DNA of 64,000 bases, taken from Raillietiella orientalis. Taxonomy: Eukaryota. The notes under the pieces are model-generated. The model saw only the letters and a program-made list of their open reading frames with translations. It was not told the origin of the DNA and made no database searches. How positions within the stretch are numbered: the first letter of the stretch is position 1; every line of letters starts with the position of its first letter. Positions 30,426-41,800 of this stretch are shown here, piece after piece. Position numbers and translations under genes: made by a program. Location of the stretch: contig JAYWIR010000001.1 of the NCBI GenBank assembly GCA_036172245.1, positions 11,594,001 to 11,658,000 of the forward strand. Direction: 5' to 3'.

Positions 30426-33400
30426 AATTGAGCTGAAGTGGTCGTGGATTTGCCTCCATTCCCAGAGCATGCATCTCCATTGCCGCGTGGCAAAGAAAGG
30501 GCCGTGGTTGGGCATCTTCCAGCAGAGCTGACCAGAGGTCGCGGAACTCTGGCGCTCGAAGAGCCGCCAATGAGGAGGAACCGCCGAGTCCGGTTGAAGA
30601 GAGGGAGGGAGGTGCAGATGAGGGAAAGGAGGGAGGTGGCGCTTTCCGCGGCAACCACAGGATGCGAGACCACGTCACTTGCGGAAACCCGTCTCAGTGG
30701 GATGAGGAAACTGCCGCTCTTCCCGTAGAACCGGGATGTTCGGAAACCTTGGTGCCCAGCAGCCGGATGCAGACGAGGAAACCCTTCTTGTTTCCCTTCC
30801 TTGCTGGGAGCGCGAAAGGGCCACGTGGTCGCAGCCATCCCTGGGAGCGAGTTCGTCGGCGACCGCTGCCCTCGACCCGCCGCAAAGGGAGCGTCCGGTT
30901 CGCGAAATCGCAGGAAGCCCCTTCGAGCGATGGGGGCGGGTCGAAAGGGGGAGCGGACGGATGTGTGACTCCGAACTCGCAGTGCGGCGCCGATCCTCGT
31001 ACCCCCGGCGCGGAAATGCCCGCTTCCGGGACACAGCGATCCTGTTATCTCTGCGCGGCTGGCTCCAGAACCAGATGAGTCCTGACGGAGTCGCCCACGC
31101 GGGGGGGGGGGGGGACGCGCAACTGCGGTTTCGTACGCAGAGATGGCTGCATCCCGGAAGCCGACGTTTCCGCCCCGGTAGGGTTCGAGGATCGGCGCCA
31201 GCGGGCAGCGTCCAAGTTGGAGCCGCTGCCAAAGGGGCGGCAGCATCTGCGAGGTTTCGTCCGAGGACCTCGGCGCGTGCGACTTCGTGGGTCCTCCTTC
31301 GGCCGGCCAGACAGGAACGACCCCTCTCTGCGGGACGTGTCTCTTCCTCAGGCTGGACCGAACATCCATCGCGCGTTGGCTTCCCGACGATCCCTCCTCC
31401 GGGTCTCAGGGAAGGAGAGGGTCGAGTTGCGCGGGCATCGTTTCCATTGCTGGTCGCCATCTCGCAGTCGCCTGTTTGTTTCCGGTCCGGTGATGGACTT
31501 CGTGTCCTGCCCGCAACGCGGGGGATTAGCATGGAGGGCGCTCTCTCTCTTTCTCCGGGCGATCGTCCCCCACGCCGCCGCGGTGCCAGATTCCGAGCTC
31601 GAGGGCTCGCCTGCCGCCGCGCCTCGGACAACGACGCACTCGGAGGCGATTCCGAAATCCCTCCTCCCCCTCCTCGTCGTCAGGGCGGAAAGATTACCGC
31701 TAGCATTATTCCGGTCGGGCTGGTCGCGGGGCGTGGCGATGATGACGCCGGCGTTCGCAGGGGTCCGGCGGCGAAATTGGCGGAGGGAAAAGAAGATGGA
31801 AACAAAAAAAAAAAAAAAAAAGGGAGGAGGGGGGAGAAGAAGAAGAAGAAGGAAAGGAAAAAAATGAAAAGGCGCGCTCGCTCGCGCGCGCGCGCCCGCG
31901 CGAGCGAGAGGAGGCGGCTTCCTGCCCCATTGTTCCGCACGAGACTTCGCGCGCGCGTACCTGGCGTCCTTCCTGCGAGGCGCGTCCGTCCAACCCTTTT
32001 CAGGCGGTTCACAGGTGGCGCTTCGATTAACAGCGATGGCCTATTAGCGCGACAAAGGGGGCGCGCTGCTTTACATCGCGTCGCGGGCATCGCACGCCTC
32101 GTAGGACAGGAAAGGGTAGAGAGAAAGACGAATTGTGGAGGTTGACGCATCCTTTTGAGCGCGATCCTTTCCCCATTTGCGGATTTTTACGGAAATTCGC
32201 TTCCTCCCCTCCTCCGGTTCGTCTTTCTTTCGCTTCTTCCCTGGAAGTAAATATCGGCTTGACGTGTCCCTCTATATTGGATTTCGAGATTCCCGGAGAA
32301 AGGTGTTCCCGTAATGAATTGACTGATAAGCAGCTGAGGAGTCCTTTCACGAGATGCTGCCGAGATTTCCGCAGAAAAGGATCCGAGATAAGCGCGCGCA
32401 GGATGAGCGTCGCCGGTTCGAGACGTCCCGTTTTGTTCCGGGGAGATGCGCGGGCGGCTGGGCGTTTCGCGCGCGCACCCCTTTGTCTACCCGAACGTCT
32501 GGCCAACGGTTCGCAGGCCTTTACCCCCCCGGCGGACCGCTCCTTTCTCGGGCGCGCGGCACGTCTGAGTGCGCGTCGGGTTTCGGTCCACGCATCCACA
32601 CCGCCGCTCCCCTCGGGAGGGATGGACCCGTGTTTACCCCGTCTTCGGGCGACGTTTCGCGCGCACGCAGGTGTACGGGAAGAGTCACGCACACTCTGCC
32701 CGCGTCTCCAAATTGGTGGGGTCACCCCTTTTCGGAGAAGATCGATGATTTCTTGGGAGGGGAGCCGGTTGACTCGGCAACAAAGGGGCGCATCCTTGGA
32801 GGGCGCGCGGGGCGCGAATTTCCGAGCAGCACGCGAAGGCTTGCCCCGCCGACATCCTCCTTCTCCTGACCTCCGGCGGGACGTTCCACGCGACCCCCCA
32901 TTCCGCCCGGATCACCCTCATGCCAGCGTCCCTCCGGGTCCGTGTCGTCGTGGCGGGAAGTTTCCTTTCGCACAGAATGGACGAAGGCGCGCGACCCCGG
33001 CGCTGGTGGATGTCCTCGGATCTTTCCGCGAGCCTGTGCTGTCGCCGCCGCTCGAGGTTTCCGCCCGCTCCGCAGTTTTTTGCCAGGCAGCTCCCTCCCC
33101 TCTCCCCCGACGCTCCGAAAGTCCCTACCCCCCACCCTTCGACGACGATTCCCGCACGGACGTGCGGAGTCTTCGCCGAGGATCTTTGCCGTTTTCCACG
33201 CCCCCACGGACAAGGCAGGTGAGCACGCCTCCTCCCTCCAGAAGGAAATTCTTCGGCCAACTGCTAGGGAATTCCGGGAGGCGGACGCGCCTGCATTTCG
33301 TTCCAGGACGCTCGCGCCGTCCTCCCGCGGGATCCGACGGTTCCCGAGGGGCGAACCCGTCTACGTGGTGGCGTCCTCCCCTTTCCACAGCTCCAGCTTC

Positions 33401-34149
33401 CTCGCAGGACGCGCGCCTCCCACCCTGGCCAGCAGGGTTCCCACAGAGGTGGGGGTTGGCGGCTCCTTCGCCCTATCGGGGGCGCCCACGAGCGCGTCGC
33501 TTCGGGGACCTTTCGCCCCTTTCTGGAAAGTTTGCTCCGCCCGGCCGCCTCCGGTGGTGGACGGTCTTCAAGCTCCTCCTTGGCGCGCCAGGTGCTAAGA
33601 GACGCTTCCTTTCCGTGCTCGTCCGGGGGCAAGGTCCCGTCGTTTCTATGGAGGCGGCCTCCTCCGGTTTTTTTTTTTTTTTCTCGCGGAGCTCTCGAGG
33701 CGGCAGCTCTGAGCACGAATTTTTTCCCCTTCTGGACTTCCTCTTGCAGGGCCCGCGGACGTGTCCTTTCGTGTTTCGTCAGGGATGCGCTTGCGAAAGT
33801 GTTGCTCCCGCTTCCGGTTTCGCGGCCTCCCTGACCACGCGTTGCCTTGGTGCAGAGGAGAGGGGGTTCCAGAACCTCAGGCATGGCTCAAAGACTGCTC
33901 CGGAGCCAGTCGCTCGGGGAGACCGGGGTCGGATCTTCCCCTGTGCGGCGCACCCCGTGGGAGCACGCGGTTTCCGACTTCCGACGTTCGCGCGCTTCCA
34001 AGAGAGCGCCTCCGTTGCCCGGTGACTCAGGGAGCGGAAAGCGTCGTCGTCCGGCGGTCTGGCGCGGCGGGGCTCGGGGAAGGTCGAATTGTTGCGCGCG
34101 TGGCTTCTCTCGGCGGCCTGGCCACCGCCGGTCACGTGCGTCTCTCCGA

Positions 34150-35110
34150 GGTCAGGTAGGAGTCCGACATCTTCCCAGGAGGGCACTCGGTCTTTCGTTC
34201 CTGGAAGTCCCATCAAGTCTCGCCGGTTCTTCGCGCTTCGAGGCTGAACGCAAGGACGTACTCCAAGCCTGCTGCGCGCTCCCGCGAGAGGCTGAAACCC
34301 CCGTTGCCAAAGCGCCCGACGAGCGAAGACGGCGGCGGCGGCACTTTTCCCCTCCACATCCCCTGGCACGCGGCAAATTTTTCTTGGCGCAGGGCAGGCG
34401 TCTCGGCACCGGTCGCAAAGCCGAACCGCAAGGGTCTCGTCTCCTCCCACCTCTTCCCGGAAAGTCGCTCCTCTCCTCCGGTCTCTCCCCAGTGCGTGCT
34501 CTTGGAGACCGCTTCCTGGGGTCCAGGAAAGAGTTTGTTTCCAGTCGAAGGCAGCGGAGAGCGGCTGCGCGGCTGATCCGGGGTCCGCAGTGTTGCCAGT
34601 CGCTGGTAGAACAGCGCCGCTGCTTCCCGCAGCCCACTCCACTGAGCCACTCCGCGCATGGAGGACCCTCCTGCAGAACGAGTCGCTGCGCTTGGCTCCT
34701 CGCCGCCAGAGGGACCAGGGGAGGTAGGTCGGAGCACGGGCCACCGAGACCACCCTTCCCTGGACTCCACCATCGGAGATTCGACCTTTGGGATTCCTCT
34801 TTCTTGGAAACGCATTTTTCTTTTTCTTCTTTTCCTCCAGTCCTGCTCCTCAGGGACCGACCGTCCCTGAGGCATTTCCTGCGCCATACCGCAAGCTGCT
34901 GACCTGCCCCGTGAGCCACGGACCACCGCCGAAGCTCCGTCGCTCAGTTGCGACTTCCCCGACGCAGCTTCCATCCAGTTGCCTCGCAGTTGCATGGACC
35001 GATTTTTCCCCCACAAATCTCTCGGTCCTGTCCCCTACTTCTTGCCTGCTCCATGAGGACAGTCTTTCCTTCCCGTCCTGCAACAGACTCACGTCGTAGT
35101 AGGGCGAGTA
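34150..35110 (-). mobile_element. Decayed non-LTR retrotransposon ORF2 3' fragment
   Basis: Minus-strand FCRRVLHA...GGDETLAVRLCDRC resembles the zf-RVT region; 34876-35032 is homologous to 37519-37690. Confidence 0.4.
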
Positions 35111-36299
35111 AAGTAGCTCCTCGTCCTCTCCTCCCATTCCTTCCCTCCCCCATCGTGACGCCAGCCCTTGAGAAGAAGGAGGGAAAGGACTTCTTGGTTT
35201 TGGTCGGTGCGCTGCGTGCTCCCCGAAGGCGCTCGGTTGGTCAAGGGGGAGGGGGGAGTCCACCGGCCTTCTGCGGAGGCGGATTCCACAGGACGATGGG
35301 GCGAGTCCTGAGGGCAGGGCTCGGGCGGGAAGATAGAAGGAACTGATCGTTCGAGCGGCGGCCGACAGACGTCGAGGGATCCGCGCCCGTTGCTGCGGCA
35401 GCCGGAGAACTCCGCCATCTCTGGTGCCGCGGCCTCAGAAGCGACCTCGCGAGGGCGGATGGAGCGTCTGCAGCGGGGCCACCTCTCGCCGTGGTCGAAA
35501 GCGGCCACCAAGCTCTTCAGGTAGCTCCCCCCGTTCGTTCCGGTGTTTCACCCATCGGAGTGGGGAAAAAACAGAGAAGAGGGAGTGGACACCGCCCTAC
35601 TGATCTCCGAAAGAAGCTGCGCTCCCCAGCGTCCTCTCGCGCCTACCTTGACTCGGCCAGCCTTCTTCCTGACAGGGGAAGCGACCCCCAGAGCTGATTC
35701 TTCCTCCCTTTCCCGTTCTTCGGCTCGTCTTCACCCGGAAACTCATGAGCGGGAAGAGGGACGCGAGGGGACAACCCCTAGAGGGTTTCCACGGACGATG
35801 CGACGGAAAGCTCGCCTTTCTTCCCTTCTTTCTACCCTTTCGTTCCTGGCAAACTTCGGGAAAAACAGTGGCACCTCAGCTCGCCTGCCCTCGCGTCAGG
35901 CCCATCTCGCGCTCCCTTGGGAGGCCGGGTGGCTAGGCGACGGAGGCAGGGAGAGTCAGGGATGGAAGTCGCTCCCATGTATGCGTTTGTTCACCTCGCC
36001 TTCCCCTTTGCCCTCCGTTCTGACCTGCATTCACCCCCCTTGGAGCTGCCCACCGCGGAATTCGGGGAGTCCCTGTGGATTAGCGTAAACGGCGTCCGCC
36101 ATTTTTCTTGCTGGACGGGCATTCGGAAGCGGTCGGGCTGCATTCGAGGCCAATTGGGATCCTCAGATTCGCAGACGTCACCGCCCAAGCCAATCGGGGT
36201 CGCATGACGAGGGTGGCCACCGCTCTGGGCGAGCGAGATGAGGTCGTCTCGTCCCCGGGGGCCGTGGCATCCCAGGCTCTTGGGCTTGCTCGAAGCACC

Positions 36300-37690
36300 G
36301 ACTTCTTGCGCGCGGGCTGCTCGATGCCCGGCACCCTGGTAAGCTGCCCCTCCGCCTTCGTCTGGCAGGGGAATGCGAGGTGCCTTGGGGCGCGGCGGGC
36401 CCTGCTGTGACTGCCCTTTGTCCCCTGCTCCCCGCTCTATATGCAGTTTCTTGGATGACTCTCTCGGAACCTTCCCCGGATTGACCTGTCCTTGTTCTGG
36501 TCCTGGACGTGAGCCTTGGGTCTTCCCCGCGGCCCTCGCCATCTCTTCCCAGCCTCCGACCCGCAGACGGGACGCTGCTCTTCGGGGAGAGGACCCTTTT
36601 CAAGGATGCGACGAACCCGCTTAGGGTTCCCCTCGTTCTTTTGCCGGGAATAAACCAGCAGGCTGGGAAAAGAGACGCTCCACATTCAACCGGGTCCACT
36701 GCCCGTCCATCTTCGAGGAGCAGCACCCACGGGATCATGCTCCAGACAGGGACGCGCAATTCTTCACAGCACCTGGCGTCAGTCCGCGGAGAATATGGCG
36801 TCCTCTTCCCTCTTCGCAGAAGTCCCTCTTCTTCACCACAAGAGCACGAGGTCACGTGGCAGGAAGACCAAAGGACGACGATGTGCCTCTCACACTCCTG
36901 CCAGCACGCGGAACTGTAGACGGCCATCCTACCGGGGAGTCCGCATGGGGTGCTGCTCCAAGGACATCCTCCGTGACTCTCCCCCCCGTTCCTGCTGGAT
37001 AGCGTCCACGCCCTCCCTAGCTGCACTCCATGTGCGCCGTAGCTGAGGCTCCTACCTTCTGAAGGTCACGCATGAACAGCATCTTCCTGTGGGGCACGTC
37101 CGCCTTCGCAGACTCCCCGGTCACGTGGATACGCAAAATCTCCTGCGGCCCTGCGGCGATGACCCATGGCCTCGGAGACAGCCCATCGGCCTGCCACTGC
37201 AGATCGGGTGGGTTGGGCTGGACTTTGGCTTCGCTCCGGGAGGCCCTCCACTCTCAGCGCCAGCGGCCACTCCTCCACGGATTTCAGCAGCAGCTCCTCT
37301 TGCCCGCTCTCCTCGGCCGGCGCTTCTGGGCTATTCCCACACCGCCGGGTTCAGGGTCCCGGAGCCGGGAGCGCTGGGGCCCCCAAGAGATGCAGCGATC
37401 TCCGAGGCCGCCCGGCCATCTCAGGAAGGCCCGTCCTGCGCTCTACCGCTCCACGACGCACTTCTGAAGAGAGCCTGGCGGGCCCCGCCTGCGCGCTATC
37501 CCGAGCGACTGCCTTGCCTTCCTGCGCCATGCCACGAGTGCGGTGGTGCGACCTGGGTCTCGCACGGTCTACCTGTCCCGTGCGCCATGGACCGCTGTCG
37601 CTCCATTGAGACTTCCCCGCCTCAGCTTTCATCCGGCTGCCTCGCAGTAGCAGGGACCGATTTTTTCCCTACAGGTCTCTCGGTCCCGTC
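36300..37690 (-). mobile_element. Decayed non-LTR retrotransposon ORF2 3' fragment, same family as 34150-35110
   Basis: Minus-strand LQFRVLAGV and SCSCGEEE resemble zf-RVT; shares blocks with 34876-35032 and 39693-39837. Confidence 0.45.
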
Positions 37691-39692
37691 ATCGGAGCCG
37701 CGGGTGGCCCGCAGTGCGTAGAGGTGGTTGCCCAGAGGTCGCAGAGGAGGGTACTGTCACGTTCTCCGGAGCTGCCTCCGTGCTCTCTTGCCGCCAGGCC
37801 TTGCTCCACGTGACGGACCACTTTCTGTCCACGTGTTCGCTCGCCCGGAGACAAGCGGCCTGCCGCCGCCGCCGCCGCCGCCGCCACCGCACGAACCCTT
37901 TGAAATTTGAGTTCGCGCGCAGTCCTGGGAGGGGTGCGCCGTTTCCCCGGCAACCATTTACACGCGTCACTGAGCTTCCAACGTGAGCTCCTCCACCTCT
38001 TAATTGCGCCAAACATCTGCAGGAGCGATTCCTCATTAGGCAGTAACAATCCCGGCACAGCCCGCCCCACCGGGCGAGAGTAGCAGCAGCTTGGGGAGCC
38101 CCGCATTCACCAAATGTGCAGGACGGAAGGAAGACAGTCTCCGCGGTCCCGGTTTCCCTTCCCCGTCCGTTCCCAAGCGGTTCCCAGAGTCTCCCGCATC
38201 GTTCTCGCTGCGGTCGAAATCGAAAGTACATAAAGCGTGGGCGCGATCGAAAGCCGGCGGGCACTTCCTTCGGATGTCGTCGGAATGCCTGGGGCGATGG
38301 CACTCGCGCTAATCTCGCTGGGGTGGGGGCCGCAGGAGAGGGAAGAGAGAGCATAGTCCGCAGCCATCCTCCAGGACTCAGCAGCGGCGGTGGGTCGACA
38401 GTCAAGGAGCATCCCTCCTCCCCCGTTCTGTGGAATCCCCAGCCGCGACTGCTGGCTCGCACTCAGCCCGAGGACGAAAGAAAGAAAAGGGGACGGGGCA
38501 CGCTGCACACACGCGCGAGACGTCCGAAGTGCGCCATCCATTGGCCACCGCGAATTTCGCGGCTGGCTGGATCGGAAGCGACGCTCGGGAAAAGCGGGAC
38601 GAGCGACAGAGGCGGATCCACAGCTTCCAAGCTTGCTCTTAACGGTGCTTCTCGGCAACGCGCCGGCCCGTTCGGTCACAGGGGACCTATCTAACCCCAG
38701 GCATACGCTCCTAGAGCACGTGTGTAGCTTAGAAACGCACACATGTGTGAGCGGGAGCGATTCCTCCATGGCAACCAGTGTTTTGCCCGAGATCTCGCAA
38801 CTGGCTCATTAATACATAACGCGAAATGAATCGCGCTGCAGAAAGACCCGGCGGCTCGCGAAAAAATCCTGGGAAAACACGTGCTGGAGTTATTCTCCCA
38901 CATCCCTGGGTTTTTTCCTTCTGTCCACTGCTGCCATCCGCCCTTTGCCCCCCTCCCCCTTCCCTCCTTCCCCTGATTAACTCTCGGTGTTTGATGGTTC
39001 ATCTTTGGATCGTTCCTTTTGATCTTCCTTTCTCTCTAACTCCTGGGTGCCGCATCGCAAATACCTACAGCATCCTGTCTGCAAGAAATCCCGAATTCGC
39101 TTCCAAGTTCATTTCTCCGAGAGTTTTCTGTTACTCCGCATCTGACGTCTGTCGGCATAGTTACGGGAACTGCTACGCATCTGCTAGCAGTAATCCTGCT
39201 GCTTGCAGTATCACCAGCAGCTCAGTTCATCGGGATAGATTCCTATCCACCTTTGGAGTACGAAGGAACTTTGAGCGTGAAAGACAAAAAGGAAGAAGAA
39301 AAACTTCGTTTTCTCATCTGTGAACGAACCACCCGATCAGAAGGCCAATCAAGACAAAAAAAAGACAGTTTGCCATTTGACCACGCTCGCCATCGACTCG
39401 GCTTTGCGTGGCCGAAGGCGTCAGCGAATGAATGGAGATCTCCAGGGGTAGATTGCCCCGCTCACCACCACAAGTGGTGTTCATTTCCCCCCAGAGACGC
39501 TCAAGAGCTCTCGTCGGCACGCGTTTCCCCGTTCACGGTTCACAAGGAAACCTCCCTCGTTGGTCCGTTTCCTTAAACTTCTTTGTACTCACCGGACGGC
39601 AACAAGCAGGTCGCTTAGTTGGACGGCCGTTGCCACTGGCACTTGGTGCTTCGTTCAAACTGCATTACAAGACGGCATACTTCTTAGGGCCG

Positions 39693-39837
39693 TGGCTTCG
39701 CTCCGGGAGGTCCTCCACTCGCAGCGCCAGCGGCCGCTCCTCTTGCCCGCTCTCTTCGGCCGGCGCTTCCCGGCCATTCCCACACCGCCGGGTTCGGGGT
39801 CTCGGAGCCGGGCGTCGGCGCCCCCAAGGGGTGCAGC
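39693..39837. repeat. Dispersed direct repeat of 37226-37397
   Basis: tggcttcgctccgggagg(t/c)cctccactc...ttcccacaccgccgggttc...ggagccggg is shared at high identity; this copy lacks ~24 nt. Confidence 0.9.
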
Positions 39838-41329
39838 TTCTTAGAAGCCACCTCCCGGTTGCGATCCCGTGCCTCCCCGATCGGCGGGGTCCGTCGCCAG
39901 ACCTGGATGATAGGATCGTAACCACAGCGGTGCTCCAGCTTGTATCAGCTTGTAGCAAGCGAAGAAGTTTTTTCAGCGTTAGTCATTCCTCGTTTGAGTT
40001 TTCCGTGCATCCGCCTTCTCCGGGATTCGAAGGCGATTCGCTGGAAACACATGAAGATGTGAGTAAGCGATGGCGAACGAAGATTGGAAAAAAAAACGAA
40101 AAAAAAAAAAAAAAAAAGGAAAGAAAAAAAGACCTCTGAAGGTTTTCTAGTGCGTAACCGAGTGGAAAAATCGGTCATTACTTCGTTAGTATGCAACACA
40201 CTTCCCCTCCCCCCTCCTTCTTCCACTCCTCTCAAAGGAGAAAGAAGCAGCACATGGGCCAGGTTTTGCGAGCAATAGAGGCATGACGCGGAGAAAGAAA
40301 TAAGTTGTCGTTTCGTGGATTAATTGGCTGTCCCTCGAGAAGGACACCATGAATGCGACGAGGAACACTTTTCTGTGTGATGACTGTTGAAGAGGCCAAC
40401 TCAACTTCTCTGCGCAGCTCCCGACAACAAAGGCGGAGAGAGGACCTTTGGGCACTAGAGGAGTCACCAGCAAGCCTCGAGCTTCCTTCCTCTGGCCATT
40501 ATCATGCTCCGCCAGGTGGCTTGTACAAGACGGTTCCGAGTCTGCGCTCAATCTTTTCTTGAAACTTCTGAAAGAGGAAAGAACGCTTTGGAAAACCTTC
40601 TCATTGTCATCAAGGGCACGAATAGAAGAAAGCTACAAAGAGAATGAGCCGGAAGTGAAACATGCATATCAACCTTCTAACGAGCTTCGCAGAGGGGTCA
40701 ACAGACCTTCCCATCGTTCCAAACACGAAAAATCCATGGACACGTGCGTAATTCTTCGGCGCACTTCCACATCCTCCGGTTATCTCGAAGACATCTTTCA
40801 GATCGAAGATTATCTCGCCATTCTTGGTGAAGTGCAGTACCAACTGACGTTACTCAGGAGAGCAAATATTTAAAGTAGATAAACTCCTGAGTCTCTGCAA
40901 TGAACCAAGATAAAGATCTTCCGTTTAAATTAGGGCGAAAGGACCGCAACCTTCCAGTAGTGAAAGGTTTTCGTCAACCTTCCCCCCCCCCCCCACACAC
41001 ACACACAGTCTTCTCTCGACCGGTGGCGTCGCTGCTCAGCTCAATATGATTACATCCGGATTTCAGTTTATCGAAAGCTTGCCATTGGAAGACGTCGAGT
41101 GTTTACAGCCGCGACACGAGAAGCTCCGATTTCTTCTCCGCTCGAAATCTGCAATTAAAAAACAGGAAATCCCCCCTCCTCTCCCTTTCCCTCCTGCTCC
41201 TCCCGGCGCGGAACGCGCGCGGCAGGCTGGAATCGACTACCGTTATACGTGTCGCGGCGGGGAGCTCCTGGAATCGTAGGACAGCGTACCGAAAAAAACA
41301 CACACCCACACACACAAAAAAAAAAAAGC

Positions 41330-41800
41330 TGGTCGCATGTGCACCCGAAGGTCTACCCTTCGAGCCCCGTGGCGGCGGCTTGCGGATGAGGGTGCCGCTT
41401 TCATCCTGAAGCGAGAGGTGGAAGCGATGATGCTCTGCAACGCCCCAGTGCTTTTTAAGCAGCTAAGCTTACCCATTTAGCTCGCCATCGCCGCCGGCAA
41501 CCTTCTGCAAGACGCATGGCAGCAAGATTCAGAAAAACGATAAAAGGCATGGGAACAGCAACGGCTCCCCAGAGCGTCTCGATCACCTCGAAAGTCAACG
41601 CGTCGGGTTTAACAAGAACAACAAGGCCCTTCCGTCCCCGCACGGGAACGGGTCCGGCGTGATCACGGGAATCGCTTTCCCTCACCAGCGAAGAGGGCAG
41701 CGCGGCAGCTTTGCCTTCTCTCTCCACACATCCGCGAAACTTCGTTTCCTTGATACCTTTTGCCGTCGTCCAGGTGTTGTTCGTAAGCTCATTCCCGAGT
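41330..41800 (-). mobile_element. Decayed LINE apurinic-type endonuclease (APE) fragment
   Basis: Track ORF 41455..42024(-) has GIKETK...GRKGLVVLVK...FEVIETLW...FIVFLNL, matching the order of the QETK, GGVAILVK and NIY motifs. Confidence 0.4.

Noticed and set aside
32133-34025. Longest ORF in the window (630 aa), and similar ORFs at 30736-32145, 26872-28248, 49309-50745 and 6136-7416
   Set aside because: Arg/Pro/Gly/Ser-rich translations that cross homopolymer runs, often with non-ATG starts and no domains; expected from stop-codon scarcity at high GC.
470-41000. Numerous G/C homopolymer runs as specific G-quadruplex elements
   Set aside because: They occur throughout the window with no positional pattern; this is a compositional trait, and run lengths may be sequencing-dependent.
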